From Phycisphaerales bacterium (GTDB taxonomy: Bacteria; Planctomycetota; Phycisphaerae; Tepidisphaerales; Tepidisphaeraceae): a DNA stretch of 64,000 nucleotides. How positions within the stretch are numbered: position 1 is the first letter of the stretch; each line of letters starts with the position of its first letter. A model generated the notes under the pieces. That model saw only the letters and a list, made by a program, of their open reading frames with translations, did not search any database and had not been told where the DNA came from. The stretch is taken from positions 83 to 64,082 of the forward strand of contig JADLBV010000048.1 in NCBI GenBank assembly GCA_020847545.1, in the 5' to 3' direction. This document shows positions 36,878-47,036 of this stretch, piece by piece. Position numbers and translations under genes: made by a program.

Positions 36878-37654
36878 CTACCACTGGTCAATGCGAATCC
36901 CCATCGCTTCGGCCAGCACCTCGGCCATGTGGGTCACTTTCGTATCCACACCATGCCGGTTGCACATGCCGGAGATGTTCATCGTGCAACCGGCGTCGTT
37001 GCAGATGGTGGTCGATGCTTTGGTTTCTGAGATGCATTGGATTTTGTCCTCGACAATCGCCCCGCTGATGGCCGGGTATTTGACGGCGAATGTGCCGCCG
37101 AATCCGCAGCACTGATCGGTCTTTTCCATCGGCTTGAATTCGACATTCCCCACCTGCCGCAACATTTTGACGGCCTGATCGCGGATTCCCAGCGCCCGCA
37201 AATGGCAGGTGTAATGATAGGTGATGGTTCGTGGTGCCGGCAGCGAATATTTCGACAGATCGACGTGCAACACCTTGTCCAGAAATTCGATAAATTCGTA
37301 GGTCCGCAACATCAGCCGGCGCAAGCCAGGTTCCCATGCCGGATCATCACCCAAGAGGTGCGGATATTGGTCGCGCACCATGGCGCAGCAACTGCCACTG
37401 GGGCTGACGACGTAATCAAATGGCTCAAATATTTCGACCATCCGCTTGGCCAGTTCTTTGGCCTGATCGGGATAGCCGTTGTTCATAAAGGGTTGCCCGC
37501 AACAGGTTTGCGCCTTGGGAAAATGCACCCGACAACCCAGTTGTTCCAGAATTTTCGTCACCGCCACGCCAACGCGCGGATAGAATTGATCCGTCAGGCA
37601 GGTAATAAAGAGCGCCACGTCCAAAGGTTTGTTTTCGCCGGCTTGATCCACCAC
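36878..37654 (-). CDS. LutA-like (Fe-S) CCG-domain oxidoreductase subunit
   Basis: VALFITCLTDQF, QTCCGQPFMNNG and DQCCGFGGTFAVKY (two CCG motifs). The ORF opens at GTG 37741 but would overlap the divergent GH78 gene, so GTG 37654 is taken. Start is uncertain. Confidence 0.78.
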   Translation of the reverse strand: MVDQAGENKPLDVALFITCLTDQFYPRVGVAVTKILEQLGCRVHFPKAQTCCGQPFMNNGYPDQAKELAKRMVEIFEPFDYVVSPSGSCCAMVRDQYPHLLGDDPAWEPGLRRLMLRTYEFIEFLDKVLHVDLSKYSLPAPRTITYHYTCHLRALGIRDQAVKMLRQVGNVEFKPMEKTDQCCGFGGTFAVKYPAISGAIVEDKIQCISETKASTTICNDAGCTMNISGMCNRHGVDTKVTHMAEVLAEAMGIRIDQW

Positions 37655-37701
37655 GGACGTACAGTATGCTGCGCCGGTTGGGATTACAAGGACATGCCAA
37701 A

Positions 37702-40080
37702 ATGGCCGATTTGGATTGGACCGCCAAGTGGTGCTGGACACGCGGTGTCGTGACGCGTCCGTGGAATCAGTACGCCTATTTTCGCAAGGTGATTCAGATT
37801 CAGGCGGATGTTCGGCGTGCGGTGGTTCGCGTCTCGGCCGATGCGCGATATACCCTGTACATCAACGGCCGGCGGGTGCATTTTGGCCCGGCCCGGTTTT
37901 TTACGTCAACTCCATCTTTTGACACCATCGACATCGCCCCTTATCTCCAATCAGGCCCCAATGCGATCTGTGCCATTGTCCATCAGTTTGGTGTGGGTAC
38001 TTATCAGTCCATCTTTCGGGGGTATAGCGGATTTTTGCTCGATGGGGTGATTGAAACCAGCGCCGATCCGAATCCGTTGCACACGCCGGAGGGGTGGATG
38101 TGCCGGGATGCAAAAACGTGGCGCAAGGATGTGGCTCGGCTGACAAACCAACAAGGTTTTCAGGAGCATTTTGACGCCAATGCCGAACCGTCCGGGTGGA
38201 TGTCGTCTGATTATGAATCTGTCGACAAAGATGAATGGTTGGCGCCGACAGTGTATGGCCCGGTGGGTGTCCATCCCTGGCTGCGGATGGAGCCACGGCA
38301 GGTTCCGCTGTTGGCCGACCGGATCGAATCGTTCGCCAAGGTGACGGCCCAGTTTCGGGGGGAAAATGGGCGCGGGTACAAGATTACAGATAACGTCTAT
38401 CAGTTTGCCGACAACGAGCCGCGCAAACGTGACAAGGGGTTGATCGCGGATGTCGGCGCGATGTTGCGGGATGATGATTCGGTCGCGGCCGTTGAGGAGC
38501 CGGATGACAATGAATTTGTGATGGTGGTGTTGGATTTGGAGACGTATCGCACCGGCCACCTCATTCTCGACATCGCCGAGGCCGCAGGCGGTGAAATCAT
38601 CGACATCATCTACACGGAGGAGATCGACAAGACCGGCGCGCCCAGTTTTCAAAATGCACCCGATGGGTTGTATTATGCCGTCGCTGATCGGTATCGCTGT
38701 CGGCTGGGAAAACAGCGTTGGGAGCCGTTTTTCTTCAAGGGGATGCGATATGCCACGTTGATCTTCCGGAATGTCGAAAAGCCGCTGAAGATTCGGTACG
38801 TCGGCCTGCGTCAGGTTTATGCGGGTGTTGAGGATGGTGGATCGTTTGAATGCAGCGATGATCGGCTGAACCAGATTTGGCGGATGGGCAAGACAACCCA
38901 GCGCAACTGCATGTTTGACGCCTTTGTTGATTGCCCATGGCGTGAACAGGCCCAGTGGTGGGGAGATGCGCGGGTGCAAAGCCGCGTCATGGCCTATGCG
39001 TTTGGCGATGACACGTTGCTTGCGCGCGGCATACGGCAGATGGCACAGGGACAGAGGGTTGATGGGACACTGCAGCCGCACCCCCCTTCGGATTATTCGC
39101 AATGTCTGCCAGATTTTACGCTGACATGGATCGGGACGATCTGGGATCATTATTTTCAGACTGGACGGACTGAGCTGGTGCATGAATGCCTGCCGGCCGT
39201 TCATCGGTTGATGGAGTTTTTCAAGAAGCATGAAATTTGCGATGGATTGGTGGGGAAATTTGACGGTTTCTGGGTCTTTCTGGATTGGCAGGATGTATAC
39301 AAGGATGATCTTTGCGGCGTACTGAACCTGATGTATTTGCAGGGGTTGCGCTGGGCCGCGGCGTTGTGTGAAATCGCCGGGCAAAAGGAACAGGGCATCC
39401 GATATGCGGCCAGTGCCGAAAAAGTGGCCGCCTCGACGGAGAAATATTTCTGGGATCCCTCGGCCAAGGTCTGGCGGGATGGTTATGACCTGTCCGCCAA
39501 CAAGCCGGTCGAACAGGTCTCCCAGCATATGAATACGATGGCGATCCTGTGCCACCTGCTGCCGCAGACGCACGCGGCCATTGCCCGCGATGTGCTGCTC
39601 AAATCCGCCACCAAACGCAGCAAGATCATCACCGCTTCCCCCTTTTTTTATGCGTATGTACTTGAGGCGATGATCCAGACCGGTCTGAAGGGGGAGGCGA
39701 TTGACATCATTCGCGACAAGTGGGGAAAAATGATTGATGAAGGAGCTGTCGCCTACTGGGAACACTGGGACGGCCTGCAAAGCCGCTGTCACGCCTGGTC
39801 GGCGTCGCCGGTCTATCACCTGTCGCAACAGATACTGGGCGTCACGCCGGTCGATGTCGGTTGGTCGAGGGTGATGATCGCCCCACTGCCGGGAAAATTA
39901 GATTTCGCACGCGGCACGGTTCCATCGCCGCTGGGGCCGATCCGCGTGGAATGGGAAAAGGCGGCCGGTGATCAATTGGCGGTGCGGGTGGAATTGCCCG
40001 AGGGGATGGAGGGTGAATTTGTAGACCCGATGGGGGGCAGCCGCACATTGCCGGCCGGGAATCACGAGTTTAATACATAA
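37702..40080 (+). CDS. GH78-like glycoside hydrolase (alpha-L-rhamnosidase family)
   Basis: N-terminal AKWCW...YFRKVIQI...VSADARYTLYINGRRV and catalytic-domain DCPWREQAQWWGDARVQ resemble bacterial alpha-L-rhamnosidases. Confidence 0.78.
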   Translation: MADLDWTAKWCWTRGVVTRPWNQYAYFRKVIQIQADVRRAVVRVSADARYTLYINGRRVHFGPARFFTSTPSFDTIDIAPYLQSGPNAICAIVHQFGVGTYQSIFRGYSGFLLDGVIETSADPNPLHTPEGWMCRDAKTWRKDVARLTNQQGFQEHFDANAEPSGWMSSDYESVDKDEWLAPTVYGPVGVHPWLRMEPRQVPLLADRIESFAKVTAQFRGENGRGYKITDNVYQFADNEPRKRDKGLIADVGAMLRDDDSVAAVEEPDDNEFVMVVLDLETYRTGHLILDIAEAAGGEIIDIIYTEEIDKTGAPSFQNAPDGLYYAVADRYRCRLGKQRWEPFFFKGMRYATLIFRNVEKPLKIRYVGLRQVYAGVEDGGSFECSDDRLNQIWRMGKTTQRNCMFDAFVDCPWREQAQWWGDARVQSRVMAYAFGDDTLLARGIRQMAQGQRVDGTLQPHPPSDYSQCLPDFTLTWIGTIWDHYFQTGRTELVHECLPAVHRLMEFFKKHEICDGLVGKFDGFWVFLDWQDVYKDDLCGVLNLMYLQGLRWAAALCEIAGQKEQGIRYAASAEKVAASTEKYFWDPSAKVWRDGYDLSANKPVEQVSQHMNTMAILCHLLPQTHAAIARDVLLKSATKRSKIITASPFFYAYVLEAMIQTGLKGEAIDIIRDKWGKMIDEGAVAYWEHWDGLQSRCHAWSASPVYHLSQQILGVTPVDVGWSRVMIAPLPGKLDFARGTVPSPLGPIRVEWEKAAGDQLAVRVELPEGMEGEFVDPMGGSRTLPAGNHEFNT

Positions 40081-40122
40081 GTCGATTCCCTCGCCAACAA
40101 CGATTAGAACCCATAAAAACCC

Positions 40123-40175
40123 GTCCGGCCGAGCCGGACCTACAAGAGATTCCTGTAGGTCCGGCTCGGCCGGAC
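40123..40175 (+). terminator. Perfect 22-bp-stem hairpin downstream of the GH78 gene (terminator or REP-like palindrome; no U-tract)
   Basis: GTCCGGCCGAGCCGGACCTACA - AGAGATTCC - TGTAGGTCCGGCTCGGCCGGAC. Confidence 0.45.
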
Positions 40176-40247
40176 ATGATTGGTTGGTGTGTTGTTCCAT
40201 CTTCATCCAGTGACGAAATGCGTGCCTATAATCGTGTCAGGAGATTT

Positions 40248-41123
40248 ATGGCCAAAACAAAACAGATCAGCGAAGTGATTCAGAACGATCAGCCCCATTG
40301 GGTGGGGGATGGGTTTCGGGTTTATTCCCTCTTTTCAATGCAGGAGTTCGGCCGGAAGCTCAGCCCGTTTTTGCTGTTTGATTATGCCGCCCCCACCACC
40401 TATACCCCGACCGACAAGCCGCGCGGCGTGGATTCACACCCGCACAAGGGGTTTGAGACCGTGACCATCGTTTATCAGGGGGGTCTGGAACATCGCGATT
40501 CCACCGGCAGCAGCGGAACCATCGGCCCCGGCGATGTGCAATGGATGACGGCGGGATCGGGAATATTACATGAGGAGAAACATGAGCGCCAATGGTCCAA
40601 AAAAGGGGGCGTAATGCAGATGGCGCAGTTGTGGGTCAACCTTCCCGCGGAAAATAAATCCTCCCCACCGGGGTATCAGACGATCCTCAAGGATCAGATT
40701 CCGACTGTAACGCTGGCGGATGGTGGCGGCACGGTGCGCATCATCGCCGGAGAATATGAAGGGACCAAAGGCCCCGCCAAGACGTTCACACCGGTCAATG
40801 TCTATGACATGCGATTAAAGGCCGGGCATTCGACTACTCTGAAACTGCCCGAAGGATATAACACCGCCATGACGGTGCTGGATGGAGCGGTGAAAATAAA
40901 CGGAGATACGCTCGTGCCATCGGTCGCGGTCGCGATATTGGACCCGGCCGGCGAGGAGGTTCAAATCGAAGCCACCGATCGGGATGCGATGCTGTTGATC
41001 CTCAACGGCCGGCCGATTGATGAACCCATCGCCGCCTATGGTCCGTTTGTGATGAACACCACCGATGAGATCAAGGAGGCGATCGAGGATTTTCGCGCCG
41101 GAAAAATGGGGCGACTTGACTGA
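40248..41123 (+). CDS. Pirin family protein
   Basis: HPHKGFETVTIV, GDVQWMTAGSGILHEE and a bicupin length. CAGGAG precedes ATG 40248. Confidence 0.9.
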   Translation: MAKTKQISEVIQNDQPHWVGDGFRVYSLFSMQEFGRKLSPFLLFDYAAPTTYTPTDKPRGVDSHPHKGFETVTIVYQGGLEHRDSTGSSGTIGPGDVQWMTAGSGILHEEKHERQWSKKGGVMQMAQLWVNLPAENKSSPPGYQTILKDQIPTVTLADGGGTVRIIAGEYEGTKGPAKTFTPVNVYDMRLKAGHSTTLKLPEGYNTAMTVLDGAVKINGDTLVPSVAVAILDPAGEEVQIEATDRDAMLLILNGRPIDEPIAAYGPFVMNTTDEIKEAIEDFRAGKMGRLD

Positions 41124-41179
41124 ATTGTTCTCAATGTTTGCATTTGCACCACGGCGCTGATGGGCGTACAGTGGAGTGA

Positions 41180-41270
41180 GTTCGCTAGGGGTGATCGCAC
41201 GCCAGTTGGCGTCGGTCTGAGACCACACCCTTAGTACCTGATCCGGGTCGTGCCGGCGTAGGGAAGCGAA
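41180..41270 (+). promoter_or_regulatory. TPP (THI-box) riboswitch upstream of thiC
   Basis: CTAGGGGTG...GTCTGAGA...ACCCTT..ACCTGATCCGGGT..TGCCGGCGTAGGGAAG matches the conserved THI element cores. CTCCTT (41288-41293) can pair with the thiC SD AAGGAG (41333-41338). Confidence 0.9.
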
Positions 41271-41347
41271 TGAAGTCATGCCGCATTCTCCTTGCGGAAC
41301 TTTTTCGCTCATCCGCGCACACACCCGCTGCCAAGGAGTTTATTAAG

Positions 41348-43075
41348 ATGTCCACACAACAAACCCAATCGTTTGAATTGCCCCCACTGGGAGACAACCC
41401 CTCCACCGACCGACAGGGAACCTCGCCGGGGTCATTCGCATTGCGCGGACGGGTGGGGACGCCTTGGACATTCAGCTCCCCCGATACGCCGGGGATGCCA
41501 CAGCCATCCAACCTCACAGCGATGGATTTTGCCTCCCCGCGGGATGTCGAGGGGAAGACGCAGTTGGAAATGGCCCGACGAGGCATCATCTCGCCACAGA
41601 TGAAGCAGGTCGCTTTGCGCGAGCCTCACCTGAATCCCGAGCAGATTCGCGTGGAAGTGGCGGCCGGGCGGATGATTATTCCCGCCAATATCGTTCACCT
41701 GCGCTACAACCTCGAACCGATGTGCATCGGCCGGGCCGGCTTGACCAAGATCAACGCCAATATGGGGGCATCGCCGGTCTCCAGCGGAACCGAACTGGAA
41801 GTGGATAAACTTCGCTGGGCCGAACGCTGGGGGGCGGACACGGTGATGGACCTGAGCACCGGCGGCGATCTGGACGCCTGCCGGGAGGCGATCATCCGCA
41901 ACTCAACCGTCCCCATCGGCACGGTCCCGATCTATTCGATGATCATCGGGCGGTCGATTGAGGATTTGACCTACGACACGATTCTCAAGGAACTGGAAAA
42001 ACAGGCACAGCAGGGTGTGGATTATTTCACCATCCACGCGGGCGTGTTGCGCGAGCATCTTCCCTTTGTCCGCAACCGCTTGATCGGCATCGTCAGCCGG
42101 GGGGGCAGTCTGCTGGCCAAGTGGATGATTCACCACAACAAGCAGAATCCGATGTATGAGATTTTTGACGACATCTGCGACATCATGCGGCAATACGATG
42201 TCAGCTTTTCGCTGGGTGATGGTTTGCGTCCCGGCGGGCTGGCGGATGCCAGCGATGAGGCGCAGCTGCGCGAATTGGCGACGTTGGGTGAATTGACCGA
42301 GCGCGCCTGGACCAAAGGATGCCAGGTGATGGTCGAAGGCCCCGGCCATGTGCCGTTTGACCAGATTGAATACAACATGAAGCTGCAACGCAAATTGTGT
42401 CATGGAGCGCCGTTTTATGTTCTGGGGCCATTGGTGACGGATATTTTTCCCGGTTATGACCACATGACCAGCAGCATCGGCGCCACGGCCGCCGCCTATC
42501 ACGGCGCGGCCATGCTCTGCTATGTCACCCCCAAGGAACATCTGGGATTGCCCAAAAAGGATGATGTGAAGCAGGGGTGCGTCGCCTATAAGATCGCCGC
42601 CCATGCGGCGGATGTGGCGCTGGGGATTCCCGGCACGCGGGATCGCGATGATGAATTGACCAAAGCCCGTGCCGCGCTGAACTGGCAGCGCCATTTTGAT
42701 CTCTCCTTTGACCCGGAACTGGCGCGGGCCTATCACGATGAAGACCTGGAAGTGGACACCGATTTTTGCGCCATGTGCGGCCACGACTGGTGTTCGGTGC
42801 GCATCAGCAAGGAGATCACCGACTTTTATTCCGGCAAGGATGCCCAGAGCCAGCCGAAGAAAAAGGCGATGCACAGCCCCGGTGTCAGTGACGAAGGGGC
42901 CGGCATCCTCACCCAGCGCGGCAATCTCACGGCCGAGCAGATTCACCAACTGGCCCACAAGGGGAAAAAGGCCGCCTGCCATTCCGACAATGTCGTTGAT
43001 GCCGATGAGGCCAAAATGGTGCAGTTAAACACGCTCAAGGCGCATGGTGTGGCGGTCAATGAAGGCGGACTATAA
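41348..43075 (+). CDS. thiC: Phosphomethylpyrimidine synthase
   Basis: ThiC-like throughout, with the C-terminal CX2CX4C cluster motif (CAMCGHDWC). Confidence 0.95.
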   Translation: MSTQQTQSFELPPLGDNPSTDRQGTSPGSFALRGRVGTPWTFSSPDTPGMPQPSNLTAMDFASPRDVEGKTQLEMARRGIISPQMKQVALREPHLNPEQIRVEVAAGRMIIPANIVHLRYNLEPMCIGRAGLTKINANMGASPVSSGTELEVDKLRWAERWGADTVMDLSTGGDLDACREAIIRNSTVPIGTVPIYSMIIGRSIEDLTYDTILKELEKQAQQGVDYFTIHAGVLREHLPFVRNRLIGIVSRGGSLLAKWMIHHNKQNPMYEIFDDICDIMRQYDVSFSLGDGLRPGGLADASDEAQLRELATLGELTERAWTKGCQVMVEGPGHVPFDQIEYNMKLQRKLCHGAPFYVLGPLVTDIFPGYDHMTSSIGATAAAYHGAAMLCYVTPKEHLGLPKKDDVKQGCVAYKIAAHAADVALGIPGTRDRDDELTKARAALNWQRHFDLSFDPELARAYHDEDLEVDTDFCAMCGHDWCSVRISKEITDFYSGKDAQSQPKKKAMHSPGVSDEGAGILTQRGNLTAEQIHQLAHKGKKAACHSDNVVDADEAKMVQLNTLKAHGVAVNEGGL

Positions 43076-43096
43076 CCCGAATTGGATTTCATCCTT

Positions 43097-44302
43097 ATGA
43101 ATGCGGAACAAATTGCACATTATTTGGCGATCTATCGCGATGGTTTGTTGAAGGATGTGGTCCCCTTCTGGCAGCGTCATGCGCCTGATCGCGAATGCGG
43201 CGGGTTTTTGACCTTTCTGGATGCGGATGGGTCGGTGGTCGGGACGGACAAGCCGATCTGGGTGGCCGGCCGGGCGACGTGGCTTTTTTCAACACTCTAC
43301 AACAACGTTGAAAAACGACCCGAATGGCTTGAACTGGCAGCACATGGCTTGGATTTTCTGCGCCGACACGCCTTTGATCGCGATGGCCGGATGTATTACA
43401 GCGTGACACGCGACGGCCGACCGCTGCGCAAACGCCGATACCTCTTTTCCGAATCGTTCGGCGTGATCGCCTTTGCCGAATATGCCAAGGCCGCACAGGA
43501 TGCCGCGGCCGGGCAAAAGGCGAAGGATATTTATCAGTTGATGCTCCGCTATCACAACACCCCCGGATTGCTGGAACCCAAGATCATCCCCCAGACCCGC
43601 CAGCTCAAGGGTCACGCCATGCCGATGATTTTCATGGCGATCACACAGGTGTTGCGGCAGATCGACCCGAAAAACCCGCTCTATCGCGAGGTCATCGACC
43701 ATTCACTCCATGAGATTCGCGATCATTTCCTCAAACCGCAATTCAAGATGCTGTTGGAAAACGTCGGTCCCTGGGGTGAATTTCTGGATGAGCCGATGGG
43801 GCGGGTGGTCAATCCCGGCCACGCCATCGAATCGTCATGGTTCATCATGGAAGAGGCGAGACATCGGCGTGACCGTGATTTGCTGTCGCTGGCATTGCAG
43901 ATTCTTGATTGGCACCTGGAATGCGGCTGGGACAACGAATATGGCGGCATTCTTTATTTCATCGACTGCAAGGGCAAACCGTGCGAGCAGTATGAACATG
44001 ACATGAAACTCTGGTGGCCGCACAACGAGGCGATTTACGCCACGCTGCTGGCCCATCATCTGACCGGCGATGAAAAATACCTGCACTGGCACAAAAAACT
44101 CCACGACTGGGCCTATGCCCATTTTCCCGATCGCACGAATGGTGAATGGTTCGGTTATCTGCACCGGGATGGGAGCCTCTCATCGCCGTTGAAGGGAAAC
44201 ATGTGGAAAGGCCCCTTCCATCTGCCGCGGATGTTGCTTTATTGCTGGAAATTGCTGGAACAGATGAAACCGGGATATGCCGAAGCAGCGCGGTGGCCGT
44301 AA
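43097..44302 (+). CDS. AGE-family epimerase/isomerase (N-acylglucosamine 2-epimerase-like)
   Basis: (alpha/alpha)6-barrel AGE pattern: VVPFWQRHAPDRECGGF, WVAGRATWLFS, PGHAIESSWF, WWPHNEAIYA and KGPFHLPR. Confidence 0.82.
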   Translation: MNAEQIAHYLAIYRDGLLKDVVPFWQRHAPDRECGGFLTFLDADGSVVGTDKPIWVAGRATWLFSTLYNNVEKRPEWLELAAHGLDFLRRHAFDRDGRMYYSVTRDGRPLRKRRYLFSESFGVIAFAEYAKAAQDAAAGQKAKDIYQLMLRYHNTPGLLEPKIIPQTRQLKGHAMPMIFMAITQVLRQIDPKNPLYREVIDHSLHEIRDHFLKPQFKMLLENVGPWGEFLDEPMGRVVNPGHAIESSWFIMEEARHRRDRDLLSLALQILDWHLECGWDNEYGGILYFIDCKGKPCEQYEHDMKLWWPHNEAIYATLLAHHLTGDEKYLHWHKKLHDWAYAHFPDRTNGEWFGYLHRDGSLSSPLKGNMWKGPFHLPRMLLYCWKLLEQMKPGYAEAARWP

Positions 44303-44356
44303 ATTTTTCACCCACCATTTTCTTCACCGACGGCCGCGCAGCGCTATAATGCGGCC

Positions 44357-46285
44357 ATGGATGACTTGCAAAACCAGTTGCAGAGTCTCTTTGGGCTGGA
44401 TGAATTTCGTCCCACCCAGCGGGAGGTGATCGAGGATGTCCTCTCGGGCAGGGATGTCCTGTGCGTCATGCCGACCGGCGCGGGGAAAAGTCTGTGTTAT
44501 CAACTGCCGGCCGCGATGAGGGGTGAGCTGGTGATCGTCGTTTCGCCGCTGATCGCGCTGATGGAGGATCAGGTTCAGCAGTTGCGCGATGACGGGATCG
44601 CGGCCGAGATGTTGAACACTTCGCTGCCGGCGGCCGACCGGTTGCGCGTGATGGAGATGATCAAACGGGGGTATGAGGGGTTGTTGTACGTTGCCCCCGA
44701 ACGGTTTTACGCGTCCAATTTTCAGCCCATTCTCAAAATATTGCGGCCGGTCTTTGTCGCCATCGACGAGGCCCACTGCATCAGCCAGTGGGGGCATGAT
44801 TTTCGACCTGAATATTCGCGCCTGGGTGAGGTTCGACAACTGCTGGGCAACCCGCCCATCATCGCCCTGACGGCCACCGCCACCGATGATGTGCGGGAGG
44901 ACATCATCGGCATATTGGGTTTGCGCGAGCCTTGCATCTATGTGACCGGTTTTGATCGGCCGAATTTATTATATGAATCCAGTCAGGTTTCCAATGGGCG
45001 GGACAAGGATGCGCAACTGGTCAAACTGCTTCAGCAGGAACCGGGCGGCGGCATCGTCTATTGCGCCACTCGAAAGGCGGTCGATGAGGTGTCTGTGATG
45101 CTGGCCGGTGTCTTGCCGCATCGGCCGATCATCCCCTATCACGCCGGCATGGATGCCTACACCCGCACGGCCAATCAGGAACGGTTCATGGACACGCCCG
45201 ATGCCATCGCCGTGGCCACCAACGCCTTTGGCATGGGGATCAACAAGCCCGATGTCCGCCTGGTGGCGCATTACAACATTCCCGGCACGCTGGAGGCGTA
45301 TTACCAGGAGGCCGGCCGGGCGGGACGAGATGGCCGGCCGGCACGCTGTGTCATCCTGTTCAGTTATCAAGACCGTTATACACACGAATTTTTCATCAAG
45401 AAGATGGGGGAGGAGAGCGCCGATCCTGATTCTGCCAACATTCAGGCCCGCCAGAAACACGCCACGCATAAACTGGATCTGATCATTCAATACGCCCGCA
45501 CCCATCGCTGCCGCCGGCAGATGATTCTCGATTATTTCGGCGAGGCGCGCGAGGTTCAAGACTGTCAGTGCGATGTCTGTCGGCGCGGCCAGGAAGTGTC
45601 GGCCCAGCATTCGGAACCGGCCGAGCCGATGCCCGAAGCATTGGTCACGCTGGTGCGGCAAATCCTCTCCGCCATCGCCCGCCTGCATGGAAAATTCGGC
45701 ATCACCACCATCGCCGATGTGTTGGCCGGCTCACAATCGGAACGGACCCAGCGTTGGGGATTTGAACAGCTCTCCGTCTTTGGCCTGCTCAAGTCACACA
45801 CCACAAAACGGATCATCGCCATGCTGCGCCGACTCATGGAGGCCGGCCTGGCGCGCCAGCGCGACCCGGAGGGTGTCCATTTTCGCCCCGTGGTGGAATT
45901 GACCCCCGCCGGCGTGGCGGTCATGAAGGCCCAGCAACCGCCACCGGCCATGTTGATGGACCTCTTGCCTCACCGGCCGCGCCAGGCTGAACCAAAATCC
46001 TCCCCCCGCGCCGCCAATCCCGCATCACCTGTGCGTGAAGAACCTTTAACGGAAGATGAAACCAAACGATTTGAACGCCTGCGGATCATTCGCCTGAAAA
46101 TGGCCAAGCTCCGCCAGCTTCCCCCCTATTGCATCCTCCACGACACCACCCTGCGATCCATCGCCCGCTCCATCCCGGCCAGCCTCGATGAACTGGAGCG
46201 GATCAAAGGGATCGGCCCGCAAAAAACCCAGAAATTCGGCCGGGAGATTCTCGATGCGCTTCATGATGGCTCATCCGTTGAATAG
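44357..46285 (+). CDS. recQ: ATP-dependent DNA helicase RecQ
   Basis: FRPTQREVI, MPTGAGKS, DEAHCISQWGHDFRPEY, the RQC zinc cysteines, and a C-terminal HRDC (LPPYCILHDTTLRSIA). Confidence 0.95.
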   Translation: MDDLQNQLQSLFGLDEFRPTQREVIEDVLSGRDVLCVMPTGAGKSLCYQLPAAMRGELVIVVSPLIALMEDQVQQLRDDGIAAEMLNTSLPAADRLRVMEMIKRGYEGLLYVAPERFYASNFQPILKILRPVFVAIDEAHCISQWGHDFRPEYSRLGEVRQLLGNPPIIALTATATDDVREDIIGILGLREPCIYVTGFDRPNLLYESSQVSNGRDKDAQLVKLLQQEPGGGIVYCATRKAVDEVSVMLAGVLPHRPIIPYHAGMDAYTRTANQERFMDTPDAIAVATNAFGMGINKPDVRLVAHYNIPGTLEAYYQEAGRAGRDGRPARCVILFSYQDRYTHEFFIKKMGEESADPDSANIQARQKHATHKLDLIIQYARTHRCRRQMILDYFGEAREVQDCQCDVCRRGQEVSAQHSEPAEPMPEALVTLVRQILSAIARLHGKFGITTIADVLAGSQSERTQRWGFEQLSVFGLLKSHTTKRIIAMLRRLMEAGLARQRDPEGVHFRPVVELTPAGVAVMKAQQPPPAMLMDLLPHRPRQAEPKSSPRAANPASPVREEPLTEDETKRFERLRIIRLKMAKLRQLPPYCILHDTTLRSIARSIPASLDELERIKGIGPQKTQKFGREILDALHDGSSVE

Positions 46286-46378
46286 TGGTAGCTCTGACCT
46301 TCCCCACAAATGACGGGCGCGTGCAAAGCAAGGCAGAATGTCTGCCAAAGCAGCATTCGTATGTCAGAGTCCACAGGA

Positions 46379-46591
46379 ATGATTGAGCGTCGGATTTATT
46401 CACAGGAACTCAAACAGGAGGCCGTTCGCCAGGTGATGGAGCATGGCCTGAACTGCGCCCAGGCGGGCAGGAAGCTGGGGGTGTCGGCCAAGACGCTGGC
46501 CAACTGGGTGCGGCCGCAGCGTCGGGACAACCGCCTCAAGCAGATCGTCGCCGGCGTGGCCAACGACGATCCGGCGGCACGCTGCAATTGA
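46379..46591 (+). mobile_element. IS3-family OrfA-type (HTH_Tnp_1) transposase remnant without a catalytic OrfB
   Basis: YSQELKQEAVRQVMEHGLNCAQAGRKLGVSAKTLANWV is the IS3/IS911 OrfA helix-turn-helix pattern. No DDE ORF or frameshift motif follows. Confidence 0.55.
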
Positions 46592-46623
46592 CCGGCGGCC
46601 TCAATGACTACTCCGGAGGAAAT

Positions 46624-46734
46624 GAGACGGGGACGCAGTTAGTGCCTACATCGCCATTCTCGCTTCGTCGCATTATGGCATGTCATTCTAACACAACGCA
46701 ACGATGCTACTACCCGCGTCCCGGTTCATTTTCT
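46624..46734 (+). repeat. Dispersed ~110-nt intergenic repeat, copy B (partner at 6635-6744)
   Basis: See copy A. Same orientation, immediately after the IS3 OrfA remnant and running into the start of ORF 46704. Confidence 0.6.
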
Positions 46735-47036
46735 CCGACTCGGCCGTCTCCAACAAGCGCGGCAAACCGGCCGGCGCAACGGCCGCGTGGGTCTGGACGT
46801 TTGTCGGCACCAACTACCCCACCGATCCGGCCGCGTGGCAGTTTCAGGGGTCGGCCACCAAGGCCAGACATGAGATCACCTTCTCCGACTCGGTCGCTTC
46901 GGGACAGCCTGTTTGGATTCGTTGTGCATGGATCAATGCCAAGCAGGAGACCGGGCCGATGAGCCTGCCGATCACCACCAACATCCAGGGTGGCGGCGCA
47001 TCGGTGGTGGTGCAGGAGATCAAGATCGCGGCGTAA
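46704..47036 (+). CDS. Orphan hypothetical protein, possibly a C-terminal gene fragment
   Basis: 110-aa ORF with coding-like third-position G/C bias and an internal duplicated motif (IFSDSAVS / ITFSDSVAS). The tail ...WIRCAWINAKQETGPMS recalls FN3-like phage-associated proteins. Its 5' end is overlapped by repeat copy B. Confidence 0.4.
   Translation: MLLPASRFIFSDSAVSNKRGKPAGATAAWVWTFVGTNYPTDPAAWQFQGSATKARHEITFSDSVASGQPVWIRCAWINAKQETGPMSLPITTNIQGGGASVVVQEIKIAA

Noticed and set aside
37951-39828. 625-aa ORF antisense to the GH78 gene
   Set aside because: Its codons are exactly aligned with the sense codons (both start at coordinate mod 3 = 1). Antisense stops would therefore require the sense codons TTA, CTA or TCA, which GC-rich genomes avoid. 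The translation is low-complexity and Arg/Gly/Pro-rich with no motifs. It is a shadow ORF.
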